Assembly (NCBI GenBank): GCA_964016885.1
Contig: OZ024750.1
Coordinates: 34,224,001-34,288,000, forward strand
DNA length: 64,000 nt
Direction of reading: 5' to 3'
DNA from: Eledone cirrhosa
Taxonomy: Eukaryota
Under the pieces are notes generated by a model. That model had not been told where the DNA came from. It worked only from the letters and a program-made list of their open reading frames with translations, and did not search any database. Each line of letters opens with the position of its first letter. The stretch's first letter is position 1. Below, piece after piece: positions 20,301 through 35,300 of this stretch. Both the position numbers and the translations under genes were made by a program.

Positions 20301-23300
20301 CTAACATGGGCAGCTTGTGTCTTATCCTAACATGGGCAGCTTGAGTCTTATCCTAACACATGGGCAGCATGAGTCTTATCCTAACATGGGCAGCTTGAGT
20401 CTTATCCTAACACATGGGCAGCTTGAGTCTTATCCTAACATGGGCAGCTTGAGTCTAATCCTAACATGGGCAGCTTGAGTCTTATCCTAACACATGGGCA
20501 GCTTGAGTCTTATCCTAACATGGGCAGCTTGTGTCTTATCCTAACATGGGCAGCTTGAGTCTTATCCTAACACATGGGCAGCTTGAGTCTTATCCTAACA
20601 CATGGGCAGCTTGAGTCTTATCCAAACATGGGCAGCTTGAGTCTTATCCTAACACATGGGCAGCTTGAGTCTTATCCTAACATGGGCAGCTTGAGTCTTA
20701 TCCTAACATGGGCAGCTTGAGTCTTATCCTAACACATGGGCAGTTTGAGTCTTATCCTAACACATGGGCAGCTTGAGTCTTATCCTAACACATGGGCAGC
20801 TTGAGTCTTATCCTAACATGGGCAGCTTGAGTCTTATCCTAACACATGGGCAGCTTCAGTCTTATCCTAACACATGGGCAGCTTGAGTCTTATCCTAACA
20901 CATGGGCAGCTTGAGTCTTATCCTAACACATGGGCAGCTTCAGTCTTATCCTAACACATGGGCAGCTTGAGTCTTATCCTAACACATGGGCAGCTTCAGT
21001 CTTATCCTAACACATGGGCAGCTTCAGTCTTATCCTAACACATGGGCAGCTTGAGTCTTATCCTAACACATGGGCAGCATGAGTCTTATCCTAACACATG
21101 GGCAGCTTGAGTCTTATCCTAACACATGGGCAGCTTCAGTCTTATCCTAACACAAGGGCAGCTTGAGTCTTATCCTAACACATGGGCAGCTTCAGTCTTA
21201 TCCTAACACATGGGCGGCTTCAGTCTTATCCTAACACAAGGGCAGCTTGAGTCTTATCCTAACACATGGGCAGCTTGAGTCTTATCCTAACATGGGCAGC
21301 TTGAGTCTTATCCTAACATGGGCAGCTTCTGTCTTATCCTAACACATGGGCAGCTTCAGTCTTATCCTAACACAAGGGCAGCTTGAGTCTTATCCTAACA
21401 CATGGGCAGCTTGAGTCTTATCCTAACATGGGCAGCTTGAGACTTATCCTAACATGGGCAGCTTCAGTCTTATCCTAACACATGGGCAGCTTCAGTCTTA
21501 TCCTAACACAAGGGCAGCTTCAGTCTTATCCTAACACATGGGCAGCTTCAGTCTTATCCTAACATGGGCAGCTTGAGTTTTATCCTAACACATGGGCAGC
21601 TTCAGTCTTATCCTAACACATGGGCAGCTTGAGTCTTATCCTAACACATGGGCAGCTTCAGTCTTACCCTAGCACATGGGCAGCTTCAGTCTTATCCTAA
21701 CATGGGCAGCTTCAGTCTTATCCTAACACATGGGCAGCTTGAGTCTTATCCTAACACATGGGCAGCTTCAGTCTTATCCTAACACATGGGCAGCTTCAGT
21801 CTTATCCTAACACATGGGCAGCTTCAGTCTTATCCTAACACATGGGCAGCTTCAGTCTTATCCTAACATGGGCAGCTTGAGTCTTATCCTAACATATGGG
21901 CAGCTTCAGTCTTATCCTAACACATGGGCAGCTTGAGTCTTATCCTAACACATGGGAAGCTTCAGTCTTATCCTAACACATGGGCAGCTTCAGACTTATC
22001 CTAACACAAGGGCAGCTTCAGTCTTATCCTAACACATGGGCAGCTTCAGTCTTATCCTAACACAAGGGCAGCTTGAGTCTTATCCTAACACATGGGCAGC
22101 TTCAGTCTTATGCTAACACATGGGCAGCTTCAGTCTTATCCTAACACAAGGGCAGCTTGAGTCTTATCCTAACACATGGGCAGCTTCAGTCTTATCCTAA
22201 CATGGGCAGCTTCAGTCTTATCCTAACACATGGGCAGCTTCAGTCTTATCCTAACACATGGGCAGCTTGAGTCTTATCCTAACATGGGCAGCTTGAGTCT
22301 TATCCTAACACATGGGCAGCTTGAGTCTTATCCTAACATGGGCAGCGCGAGTCTTATCCTAACACATGGGCAGCTTGAGTCTTATCCTAACATGGGCAGC
22401 GCGAGTCTTATCCTAACACATGGGCAGCTTGAGTCTTATGCTAACACATGGGCAGCTTGAGTCTTATCCTAACACATGGGCAGCTTGAGTCTTATCCTAA
22501 CACATGGGCAGCTTCAGTCTTATCCTAACATGGGCAGCTTGAGTCTTATCCTAACATGGGCAGCGCGAGTCTTATCCTAACATGGGCAGCTTGAGTCTTA
22601 GCCTAACACATGGGCAGCTTCAGTCTTATCCTAACATGGGCAGCTTGAGTCTTATCCTAACACATGGGCAGCTTCAGTCTTATCCTAACATGGGCAGCGC
22701 AAGTCTTATCCTAACACATGGGCAGCTTGAGTCTTATCCTAACACATGGGCAGCTTCAGTCTTATCCTAACATGGGCAGCGCGAGTCTTATCCTAACATG
22801 GGCAGCTTGAGTCTTATCCTAACACATGGGCAGCTTCAGTCTTATCCTAACATGGGCAGCGCGAGTCTTATCCTAACACATGGGCAGCTTGAGTCTTTTC
22901 CTAACACATGGGCAGCTTCAGTCTTATCCTAACATGGGCAGCTTGAGTCTTATCCTAACATGGGCAGCTTGAGTCTTATCCTAACACATGGGCAGCATGA
23001 GTCTTATCCTAACACATGGGCAGCTTGAGTCTTATCCTAACATGGGCAGCTTGAGTCTTATCCTAACACATGGGCAGCTTGAGTCTTATCCTAACATGGG
23101 CAGCTTGAGTCTTATCCTAACACATGGGCAGCTTGAGTCTTATCCTAACACATGGGCAGCTTGAGTCTTATCCTAACATGGGCAGCTTGAGTCTTATCCT
23201 AACATGGGCAGCGCGAGTCTTATCCTAACATGGGCAGCTTGAGTCTTATCCTAACATGGGCAGCTTGAGTCTTCTCCTAACACATGGGCAGCATGAGTCT

Positions 23301-26300
23301 TATCCTAACACATGGGCAGCTTGAGTCTTATCCTAACATGGGCAGCTTGAGTCTTATCCTAACACATGGGCAGCATGAGTCTTATCCTAACACATGGGCA
23401 GCTTGAGTCTTATCCTAACATGGGCAGCTTGAGTCTTAGCCTAACACATGGGCAGCTTCAGTCTTATCCTAACATGGGCAGCTTGAGTCTTATCCTAACA
23501 CATGGGCAGCTTCAGTCTTATCCTAACATGGGCAGCGCGAGTCTTATCCTAACACATGGGCAGCTTGAGTCTTATCCTAACACATGGGCAGCTTCAGTCT
23601 TATCCTAACATGGGCAGCGCGAGTCTTATCCTAACATGGGCAGCTTGAGTCTTATCCTAACACATGGGCAGCTTCAGTCTTATCCTAACATGGGCAGCGC
23701 GAGTCTTATCCTAACACATGGGCAGCTTGAGTCTTTTCCTAACACATGGGCAGCTTCAGTCTTATCCTAACATGGGCAGCTTGAGTCTTATCCTAACATG
23801 GGCAGCTTGAGTCTTATCCTAACACATGGGCAGCATGAGTCTTATCCTAACACATGGGCAGCTTGAGTCTTATCCTAACATGGGCAGCTTGAGTCTTATC
23901 CTAACACATGGGCAGCTTGAGTCTTATCCTAACATGGGCAGCTTGAGTCTTATCCTAACACATGGGCAGCTTGAGTCTTATCCTAACACATGGGCAGCTT
24001 GAGTCTTATCCTAACATGGGCAGCTTGAGTCTTATCCTAACACATGGGCAGCTTGAGTCTTATCCTAACTTGGGCAGCGCGAGTCTTATCCTAACACATG
24101 GGCAGCTTGAGTCTTATCCTAACACATGGGCAGCTTGAGTCTTATCCTAACATGGGCAGCTTGAGTCTTATCCTAACACATGGGCAGCTTGAGTCTTATC
24201 CTAACATGGGCAGCTTGAGTCTTATCCTAACATGGGCAGCGCGAGTCTTATCCTAACACATGGGCAGCTTGAGTCTTATCCTAACATGGGCAGCTTGAGT
24301 CTTATCCTAACATGGGCAGCGCGAGTCTTATCCTAACACATGGGCAGCTTGAGTCTTATCCTAACACAAGGGCAGCTTGAGTCTTATCCTAACCCATGGG
24401 CAGCTTGAGTCTTATCCTAACACATGGGCAGCTTGAGTCTTATCCTAACACATGGGCAGCTTCAGTCTTATCCTATCACATGGGCAGCTTGAGTCTTATC
24501 CTAACACAAGGGCAGCTTGAGTCTTATCCTAAAACATGGGCAGCTTCAGTCTTATCCTAACACATGGGCAGCTTGAGTCTTATCCTAACACATGGGCAGC
24601 TTCAGTCTTATCCTAACACATGGGCAGCTTGAGTCTTATCCTAACACATGGGCAGCTTCAGTCTTATCCTAACACATGGGCAGCTTGAGTCTTATCCTAA
24701 CACATGGGCAGCTTCGGTCTTATCCTAACACATGGGCAGCTTGAGTCTTATCCTAACATGGGCAGCTTGAGTCTTATCCTAACATGGGCAGCTTGAGTCT
24801 TATCCTAACACATGGGCAGCTTGAGTCTTATCCTAACACAAGGGCAGCTTGAGTCTTATCCTAACACAAGGGCAGCTTGAGTCTTATCCTAACACAAGGG
24901 CAGCTTGAGTCTTATCCTAACACATGGGCAGCTTCAGTCTTATCCTAACACATGGGCAGCTTGAGTCTTATCCTAACACATGGGCAGCTTCAGTCTTATC
25001 CTAACACATGGGCAGCTTCAGTCTTATCCTAACACATGGGCAGCTTCAGTCTTATCCTAACATGGGCAGCTTGAGTCTTATCCTAACATGGGCAGCTTGA
25101 GTCTTATCCTAACACATGGGCAGCTTGAGTCTTATCCTAACACAAGGGCAGCTTGAGTCTTATCCTAACACATGGGCAGCTTCAGTCTTATCCTAACACA
25201 TGGGCAGCTTGAGTCTTATCCTAACACATGGGCAGCTTCAGTCTTATTCTAACACATGGGCAGATTGAGTCTTATCCTAACACATGGGCAGCTTGAGTCT
25301 TATCCTAACATGGGCAGCTTGAGTCTTATCCTAACACATGGGCAGCTTCAGTCTTATCCTAACACATGGGCAGCTTGAGTCTTATCCTAACATGGGCAGC
25401 TTGAGTCTTATCCTAACACATGGGCAGCTTGAGTCTTATCCTAACACATGGGCAGCTTGAGTCTTATCCTAACATGGGGAGCTTGAGTCATATCCTAACA
25501 CATGGGCAGCTTGAGTCTTATCCTAACACATGGGCAGCTTGAGTCTTATCCTAACACATGGGCAGCTTGAGTCTTATCCTAACACATGGGCAGCTTGAGT
25601 CTTATCCTAACATGGGCAGCTTGAGTCTTATCCTAACATGGGCAGCTTGAGTCTTATCCTAACACATGGGCAGCTTCAGTCTTATCCTAACACATGGGCA
25701 GCTTGAGTCTTATCCTAACACATGGGCAGCTTGAGTCTTATCCTAACATGGGCAGCTTGAGTCTTATCCTAACATGGGCAGCTTGAGTCTTATCCTAACA
25801 CATGGGCAGCTTCAGTCTTATCCTAACACATGGGCAGCTTGAGTCTTATCCTAACACATGGGCAGCTTGAGTCTTATCCTAACATGGGCAGCTTGAGTCT
25901 TATCCTAACACATGGGCAGCTTCAGTCTTATCCTAACATGGGCAGCTTGAGTCTTATCCTAACATGGGCAGCTTGAGTCTTATCCTAACATGGGCAGCTT
26001 GAGTCTTATCCTAACACATGGGCAGCTTCAGTCTTATCCTAACACATGGGCAGCTTGAGTCTTATCCTAACACATGGGCAGCTTGAGTCTTATCCTAACA
26101 TGGGCAGCTTGAGTCTTATCCTAACACATGGGCAGCTTCAGTCTTATCCTAACATGGGCAGCTTGAGTCTTATCCTAACATGGGCAGCTTGAGTCTTATC
26201 CTAACATGGGCAGCTTCAGTCTTATCCTAACATGGGCAGCTTGAGTCTTATCCTAACACATGGGCAGCTTGAGTCTTATCCTAACACATGGGCAGCTTGA

Positions 26301-29300
26301 GTCTTATCCTAACATGGGCAGCTTGAGTCTTATCCTAACACATGGGCAGCTTGAGTCTTATCCTAACTTGGGCAGCGCGAGTCTTATCCTAACACATGGG
26401 CAGCTTGAGTCTTATCCTAACACATGGGCAGCTTGAGTCTTATCCTAACATGGGCAGCTTGAGTCTTATCCTAACACATGGGCAGCTTGAGTCTTATCCT
26501 AACATGGGCAGCTTGAGTCTTATCCTAACATGGGCAGCGCGAGTCTTATCCTAACACATGGGCAGCTTGAGTCTTATCCTAACATGGGCAGCTTGAGTCT
26601 TATCCTAACATGGGCAGCGCGAGTCTTATCCTAACACATGGGCAGCTTGAGTCTTATCCTAACACAAGGGCAGCTTGAGTCTTATCCTAACCCATGGGCA
26701 GCTTGAGTCTTATCCTAACACATGGGCAGCTTGAGTCTTATCCTAACACATGGGCAGCTTCAGTCTTATCCTATCACATGGGCAGCTTGAGTCTTATCCT
26801 AACACAAGGGCAGCTTGAGTCTTATCCTAAAACATGGGCAGCTTCAGTCTTATCCTAACACATGGGCAGCTTGAGTCTTATCCTAACACATGGGCAGCTT
26901 CAGTCTTATCCTAACACATGGGCAGCTTGAGTCTTATCCTAACACATGGGCAGCTTCAGTCTTATCCTAACACATGGGCAGCTTGAGTCTTATCCTAACA
27001 CATGGGCAGCTTCGGTCTTATCCTAACACATGGGCAGCTTGAGTCTTATCCTAACATGGGCAGCTTGAGTCTTATCCTAACATGGGCAGCGCGAGTCTTA
27101 TCCTAACACATGGGCAGCTTGAGTCTTATCCTAACACAAGGGCAGCTTGAGTCTTATCCTAACACAAGGGCAGCTTGAGTCTTATCCTAACACAAGGGCA
27201 GCTTGAGTCTTATCCTAACACATGGGCAGCTTCAGTCTTATCCTAACACATGGGCAGCTTGAGTCTTATCCTAACACATGGGCAGCTTCAGTCTTATCCT
27301 AACACATGGGCAGCTTCAGTCTTATCCTAACACATGGGCAGCTTCAGTCTTATCCTAACATGGGCAGCTTGAGTCTTATCCTAACATGGGCAGCTTGAGT
27401 CTTATCCTAACACATGGGCAGCTTGAGTCTTATCCTAACACAAGGGCAGCTTGAGTCTTATCCTAACACATGGGCAGCTTCAGTCTTATCCTAACACATG
27501 GGCAGCTTGAGTCTTATCCTAACACATGGGCAGCTTCAGTCTTATTCTAACACATGGGCAGCTTGAGTCTTATCCTAACACATGGGCAGCTTGAGTCTTA
27601 TCCTAACATGGGCAGCTTGAGTCTTATCCTAACACATGGGCAGCTTCAGTCTTATCCTAACACATGGGCAGCTTGAGTCTTATCCTAACATGGGCAGCTT
27701 GAGTCTTATCCTAACACATGGGCAGCTTGAGTCTTATCCTAACACATGGGCAGCTTGAGTCTTATCCTAACATGGGGAGCTTGAGTCATATCCTAACACA
27801 TGGGCAGCTTGAGTCTTATCCTAACACATGGGCAGCTTGAGTCTTATCCTAACACATGGGCAGCTTGAGTCTTATCCTAACATGGGCAGCTTGAGTCTTA
27901 TCCTAACATGGGCAGCTTGAGTCTTATCCTAACACATGGGCAGCTTCAGTCTTATCCTAACACATGGGCAGCTTGAGTCTTATCCTAACACATGGGCAGC
28001 TTGAGTCTTATCCTAACATGGGCAGCTTGAGTCTTATCCTAACATGGGCAGCTTGAGTCTTATCCTAACACATGGGCAGCTTCAGTCTTATCCTAACACA
28101 TGGGCAGCTTGAGTCTTATCCTAACACATGGGCAGCTTGAGTCTTATCCTAACATGGGCAGCTTGAGTCTTATCCTAACACATGGGCAGCTTCAGTCTTA
28201 TCCTAACATGGGCAGCTTGAGTCTTATCCTAACATGGGCAGCTTGAGTCTTATCCTAACATGTGCAGCTTGAGTCTTATCCTAACATGGGCAGCTTCAGT
28301 CTTATCCTAACACATGGGCAGCTTGAGTCTTATCCTAACACATGGGCAGCATGAGTCTTATCCTAACACAAGGGCAGCATGAGTCTTATCCTAACACAAG
28401 GGCAGCTTGAGTCTTATCCTAACACATGGGCAGCTTCAGTCTTATCCTAACACAAGGGCAGCATGAGTCTTATCCTAACACATGGGCAGCTTGAGTCTTA
28501 TCCTAACACATGGGCAGCTTGAGTCTTATCCTAACACATGGGCAGCTTGAGTCTTATCCTAACATGGGCAGCTTGAGATTTATCCTAACATGGGCAGCTT
28601 CAGTCTTATCCTAACATGGGCAGCTTCAGTCTTATCCTAACATGGGCAGCTTCAGTCTTATCCTAACACATGGGCAGCATCAGTCTTATCCTAACATGGG
28701 CAGCTTGAGTCTTATACTAACACATGGGCAGCTTGAGTCTTATCCTAACACATGGGCAGCTTGAGTCTTATCCTAACACATGGGCAGCTTGAGTCTTATC
28801 CTAACATGGGCAGCTTGTGTCTTATCCTAACATGGGCAGCTTGAGTCTTATCCTAACATGGGCAGCTTCAGTCTTATCCTAACATGGGCAGCTTCAGTCT
28901 TATCCTAACATGGGCAGCTTCAGTCTTATCCTAACATGGGCAGCTTGAGTCTTATCCTAACATGGGCAGCTTCAGTCTTATCCTAACATGGGCAGCTTGA
29001 GTCTTATCCTAACATGGGCAGCTTGAGTCTTATCCTAACATGGGCAGCTTCAGTCTTATCCTAACATGGGCAGCTTGAGTCTTATCCTAACATGGGCAGC
29101 TTCAGTCTTATCCTAACACATGGGCAGCTTGAGTCTTATCCTAACATGGGCAGCTTGAGTCTTATCCTAACATGGGCAGCTTGAGTCTTATCCTAACATG
29201 GGCAGCTTCAGTCTTATCCTAACACATGGGCAGCTTCAGTCTTATCCTAACATGGGCAGCTTGAGTCTTATCCTAACATGGGCAGCTTGAGTCTTATCCT

Positions 29301-32300
29301 AACACATGGGCAGCTTGAGTCTTATCCTAACACATGGGCAGCTTGAGTCTTATCCTAACACATGGGCAGCTTGAGACTTATCCTAACACATGGGCAGCTT
29401 GAGTCTTATCCTAGCATGGGCAGCTTGAGTCTTATCCTAACATGGGCAGCGCGAGTCTTATCCTAACACATGGGCAGCTTGAGTCTTATCCTAACATGGG
29501 CAGCTTGAGTCTTATCCTAACACATGGGCAGCTTGAGTCTTATCCTAACACATGGGCAGCTTGAGTCTTATCCTAACACTTGGGCAGCTTGAGTCTTATC
29601 CTAACACATGGGCAGCTTCAGTCTTATCCTAACACAAGGGCAGCTTGAGTCTTATCCTAACACACGGGCAGCTTCAGTCTTATCCTAACACATGGGCAGC
29701 TTGAGTCTTATCCTAACACATGGGCAGCTTCAGTCTTATCCTAACACATGGGCAGCTTGAGTCTTATCCTAACACATGGGCAGCTTCAGTCTTATCCTAA
29801 CATGGGCAGCTTGTGTCTTATCCTAACATGGGCAGCTTGAGTCTTATCCTAACACATGGGCAGCATGAGTCTTATCCTAACATGGGCAGCTTGAGTCTTA
29901 TCCTAACACATGGGCAGCTTGAGTCTTATCCTAACACAAGGGCAGCTTGAGTCTTATCGTAACACATGGGCAGCTTCAGTCTTATCCTAACACATGGGCA
30001 GCTTGAGTCTTATCCTAACACATGGGCAGCTTCAGTCTTATTCTAACACATGGGCAGCTTGAGTCTTATCCTAACACATGGGCAGCTTGAGTCTTATCCT
30101 AACATGGGCAGCTTGAGTCTTATCCTAACACATGGGCAGCTTCAGTCTTATCCTAACACATGGGCAGCTTGAGTCTTATCCTAACATGGGCAGCTTGAGT
30201 CTTATCCTAACACATGGGCAGCTTGAGTCTTATCCTAACACATGGGCAGCTTGAGTCTTATCCTAACATGGGGAGCTTGAGTCATATCCTAACACATGGG
30301 CAGCTTGAGTCTTATCCTAACACATGGGCAGCTTGAGTCTTATCCTAACACATGGGCAGCTTGAGTCTTATCCTAACATGGGCAGCTTGAGTCTTATCCT
30401 AACACATGGGCAGCTTGAGTCTTATCCTAACATGGGCAGCTTGAGTCTTATCCTAACATGGGCAGCTTGAGTCTTATCCTAACACATGGGCAGCTTCAGT
30501 CTTATCCTAACACATGGGCAGCTTGAGTCTTATCCTAACACATGGGCAGCTTGAGTCTTATCCTAACATGGGCAGCTTGAGTCTTATCCTAACATGGGCA
30601 GCTTGAGTCTTATCCTAACACATGGGCAGCTTCAGTCTTATCCTAAAACATGGGCAGCTTGAGTCTTATCCTAACACATGGGCAGCTTGAGTCTTATCCT
30701 AACATGGGCAGCTTGAGTCTTATCCTAACACATGGGCAGCTTCAGTCTTATCCTAACATGGGCAGCTTGAGTCTTATCCTAACATGGGCAGCTTGAGTCT
30801 TATCCTAACATGGGCAGCTTGAGTCTTATCCTAACATGGGCAGCTTCAGTCTTATCCTAACACATGGGCAGCTTGAGTCTTATCCTAACACATGGGCAGC
30901 ATGAGTCTTATCCTAACACAAGGGCAGCATGAGTCTTATCCTAACACAAGGGCAGCTTGAGTCTTATCCTAACACATGGGCAGCTTCAGTCTTATCCTAA
31001 CACAAGGGCAGCATGAGTCTTATCCTAACACATGGGCAGCTTGAGTCTTATCCTAACACATGGGCAGCTTGAGTCTTATCCTAACACATGGGCAGCTTGA
31101 GTGTTATCCTAACATGGGCATCTTGAGATTTATCCTAACATGGGCAGCTTCAGTCTTATCCTAACATGGGCAGCTTCAGTCTTATCCTAACATGGGCAGC
31201 TTCAGTCTTATCCTAACACATGGGCAGCTTCAGTCTTATCCTAACATGGGCAGCTTGAGTCTTATCCTAACACATGGGCAGCTTCAGTCTTATCCTAACA
31301 CATGGGCAGCTTGAGTCTTATCCTAACACATGGGCAGCTTGAGTCTTATCCTAACATGGGCAGCTTGTGTCTTATCCTAACATGGGCAGCTTGAGTCTTA
31401 TCCTAACATGGGCAGCTTCAGTCTTATCCTAACATGGGCAGCTTCAGTCTTATCCTAACATGGGCAGCTTCAGTCTTATCCTAACATGGGCAGCTTGAGT
31501 CTTATCCAAACATGGGCAGCTTCAGTCTTATCCTAACATGGGCAGCTTGAGTCTTATCCTAACATGGGCAGCTTGAGTCTTATCCTAACATGGGCAGCTT
31601 GAGTCTTATCCTAACATGGGCAGCTTCAATCTTATCCTAACATGGGCAGCTTGAGTCTTATCCTAACATGGGCAGCTTCAGTCTTATCCTAACACATGGG
31701 CAGCTTGAGTCTTATCCTAACATGGGCAGCTTGAGTCTTATCCTAACATGGGCAGCTTGAGTCTTATCCTAACATGGGCAGCTTCAGTCTTATCCTAACA
31801 CATGGGCAGCTTCAGTCTTATCCTAACATGGGCAGCTTGAGTCTTATCCTAACATGGGCAGCTTGAGTCTTATCCTAACACATGGGCAGCTTGAGTCTTA
31901 TACTAACACATGGGCAGCTTGAGTCTTATCCTAACACATGGGCAGCTTGAGTCTTATCCTAACACATGGGCAGCTTGAGTCTTATCCTAACATGGGCAGC
32001 TTGAGTCTTATCCTAACATGGGCAGCGCGAGTCTTATCCTAACACATGGGCAGCTTGAGTCTTATCCTAACACATGGGCAGCTTGAGTCTTATCCTAACA
32101 CTTGGGCAGCTTGAGTCTTATCCTAACACATGGGCAGCTTCAGTCTTATCCTAACACAAGGGCAGCTTGAGTCTTATCCTAACACATGCGCAGCTTCAGT
32201 CTTATCCTAACACATGGGCAGCTTGAGTCTTATCCTAACACATGGGCAGCTTCAGTCTTATCCTAACACATGGGCAGCTTCAGTCTTATCCTAACACATG

Positions 32301-35300
32301 GGCAGCTTCAGTCTTATCCTAACATGGGCAGCTTGTGTCTTATCCTAACATGGGCAGCTTGAGTCTTATCCTAACACATGGGCAGCATGAGTCTTATCCT
32401 AACATGGGCAGCTTGAGTCTAATCCTAACACATGGGCAGCTTGAGTCTTATCCTAAAATGGGCAGCTTGAGTCTTATCCTAACATGGGCAGCTTGAGTCT
32501 TATCCTAACACATGGGCAGCTTGAGTCTTATCCTAACATGGGCAGCTTGTGTCTTATCCTAACATGGGCAGCTTGAGTCTTATCCTAACACATGGGCAGC
32601 TTGAGTCTTATCCTAACACATGGGCAGCTTGAGTCTTATCCAAACATGGGCAGCTTGAGTCTTATCCTAACACATGGGCAGCTTGAGTCTTATCCTAACA
32701 TGGGCAGCTTGAGTCTTATCCTAACATGGGCAGCTTGAGTCTTATCCTAACACATGGGCAGTTTGAGTCTTATCCTAACACATGGGCAGCTTGAGTCTTA
32801 TCCTAACACATGGGCAGCTTGAGTCTTATCCTAACATGGGCAGCTTGAGTCTTATCCTAACACATGGGCAGCTTCAGTCTTATCCTAACACATGGGCAGC
32901 TTGAGTCTTATCCTAACACATGGGCAGCTTGAGTCTTATCCTAACACATGGGCAGCTTGAGTCTTATCCTAACACATGGGCAGCTTCAGTCTTATCCTAA
33001 CACATGGGCAGCTTGAGTCTTATCCTAACACATGGGCAGCTTGAGTCTTATCCTAACACATGGGCAGCATGAGTCTTATCCTAACACATGGGCCGCTTGA
33101 GTCTTATCCTAACACATGGGCAGCTTCAGTCTTATCCTAACACAAGGGCAGCTTGAGTCTTATCCTAACACATGGGCAGCTTCAGTCTTATCCTAACACA
33201 TGGGCAGCTTCAGTCTTATCCTAACACAAGGGCAGCTTGAGTCTTATCCTAACACATGGGCAGCTTGAGTCTTATCCTAACATGGGCAGCTTGAGTCTTA
33301 TCCTAACATGGGCAGCTTCAGTCTTATCCTAACACATGGGCAGCTTCAGTCTTATCCTAACACAAGGGCAGCTTGAGTCTTATCCTAACACATGGGCAGC
33401 TTGAGTCTTATCCTAACATGGGCAGCTTGAGTCTTATCCTAACATGGGCAGCTTCAGTCTTATCCTAACACATGGGCAGCTTCAGTCTTATCCTAACACA
33501 AGGGCAGCTTCAGTCTTATCCTAACACATGGGCAGCTTGAGTCTTATCCTAACATGGGCAGCTTGAGTCTTATCCTAACATGGGCAGCTTCAGTCTTATC
33601 CTAACATGAGCAGCTTCAGTCTTATCCTAACACATGGGCAGCTTGAGTCTTATCCTAACACATGGGCAGCTTCAGTCTTATCCTAACACATGGGCAGCTT
33701 CAGTCTTATCCTAACACAAGGGCAGCTTGAGTCTTATCCTAACACATGGGCAGCTTCAGTCTTATCCTAACACAAGGGCAGCTTGAGTCTTATCCTAACA
33801 CATGGGCAGCTTCAGTCTTATGCTAACACATGGGCAGCTTCAGTCTTATCCTAACACAAGGGCAGCTTGAGTCTTATCCTAACACATGGGCAGCTTCAGT
33901 CTTATCCTAACATGGGCAGCTTCAGTCTTATCCTAACACATGGGCAGCTTCAGTCTTATCCTAACACATGGGCAGCTTGAGTCTTATCCTAACATGGGCA
34001 GCTTGAGTCTTATCCTAACACATGGGCAGCTTGAGTCTTATCCTAACATGGGCAGCTTGAGTCTTATCCTAACATGGGCAGCGCGAGTCTTATCCTAACA
34101 CATGGGCAGCTTGAGTCTTATCCTAACATGGGCAGCTTGAGTCTTATCCTAACATGGGCAGCGCGAGTCTTATCCTAACACATGGGCAGCTTGAGTCTTA
34201 TCCTAACACAAGGGCAGCTTGAGTCTTATCCTAACCCATGGGCAGCTTGAGTCTTATCCTAACACATGGGCAGCTTGAGTCTTATCCTAACACATGGGCA
34301 GCTTCAGTCTTATCCTATCACATGGGCAGCTTGAGTCTTATCCTAACACAAGGGCAGCTTGAGTCTTATCCTAAAACATGGGCAGCTTCAGTCTTATCCT
34401 AACACATGGGCAGCTTGAGTCTTATCCTAACACATGGGCAGCTTCAGTCTTATCCTAACACATGGGCAGCTTGAGTCTTATCCTAACACATGGGCAGCTT
34501 CAGTCTTATCCTAACACATGGGCAGCTTGAGTCTTATCCTAACACATGGGCAGCTTCGGTCTTATCCTAACACATGGGCAGCTTGAGTCTTATCCTAACA
34601 TGGGCAGCTTGAGTCTTATCCTAACATGGGCAGCGCGAGTCTTATCCTAACACATGGGCAGCTTGAGTCTTATCCTAACACAAGGGCAGCTTGAGTCTTA
34701 TCCTAACACAAGGGCAGCTTGAGTCTTATCCTAACACAAGGGCAGCTTGAGTCTTATCCTAACACATGGGCAGCTTCAGTCTTATCCTAACACATGGGCA
34801 GCTTGAGTCTTATCCTAACACATGGGCAGCTTCAGTCTTATCCTAACACATGGGCAGCTTCAGTCTTATCCTAACACATGGGCAGCTTCAGTCTTATCCT
34901 AACATGGGCAGCTTGAGTCTTATCCTAACATGGGCAGCTTGAGTCTTATCCTAACACATGGGCAGCTTGAGTCTTATCCTAACACAAGGGCAGCTTGAGT
35001 CTTATCCTAACACATGGGCAGCTTCAGTCTTATCCTAACACATGGGCAGCTTGAGTCTTATCCTAACACATGGGCAGCTTCAGTCTTATTCTAACACATG
35101 GGCAGCTTGAGTCTTATCCTAACACATGGGCAGCTTGAGTCTTATCCTAACATGGGCAGCTTGAGTCTTATCCTAACACATGGGCAGCTTCAGTCTTATC
35201 CTAACACATGGGCAGCTTGAGTCTTATCCTAACATGGGCAGCTTGAGTCTTATCCTAACACATGGGCAGCTTGAGTCTTATCCTAACACATGGGCAGCTT

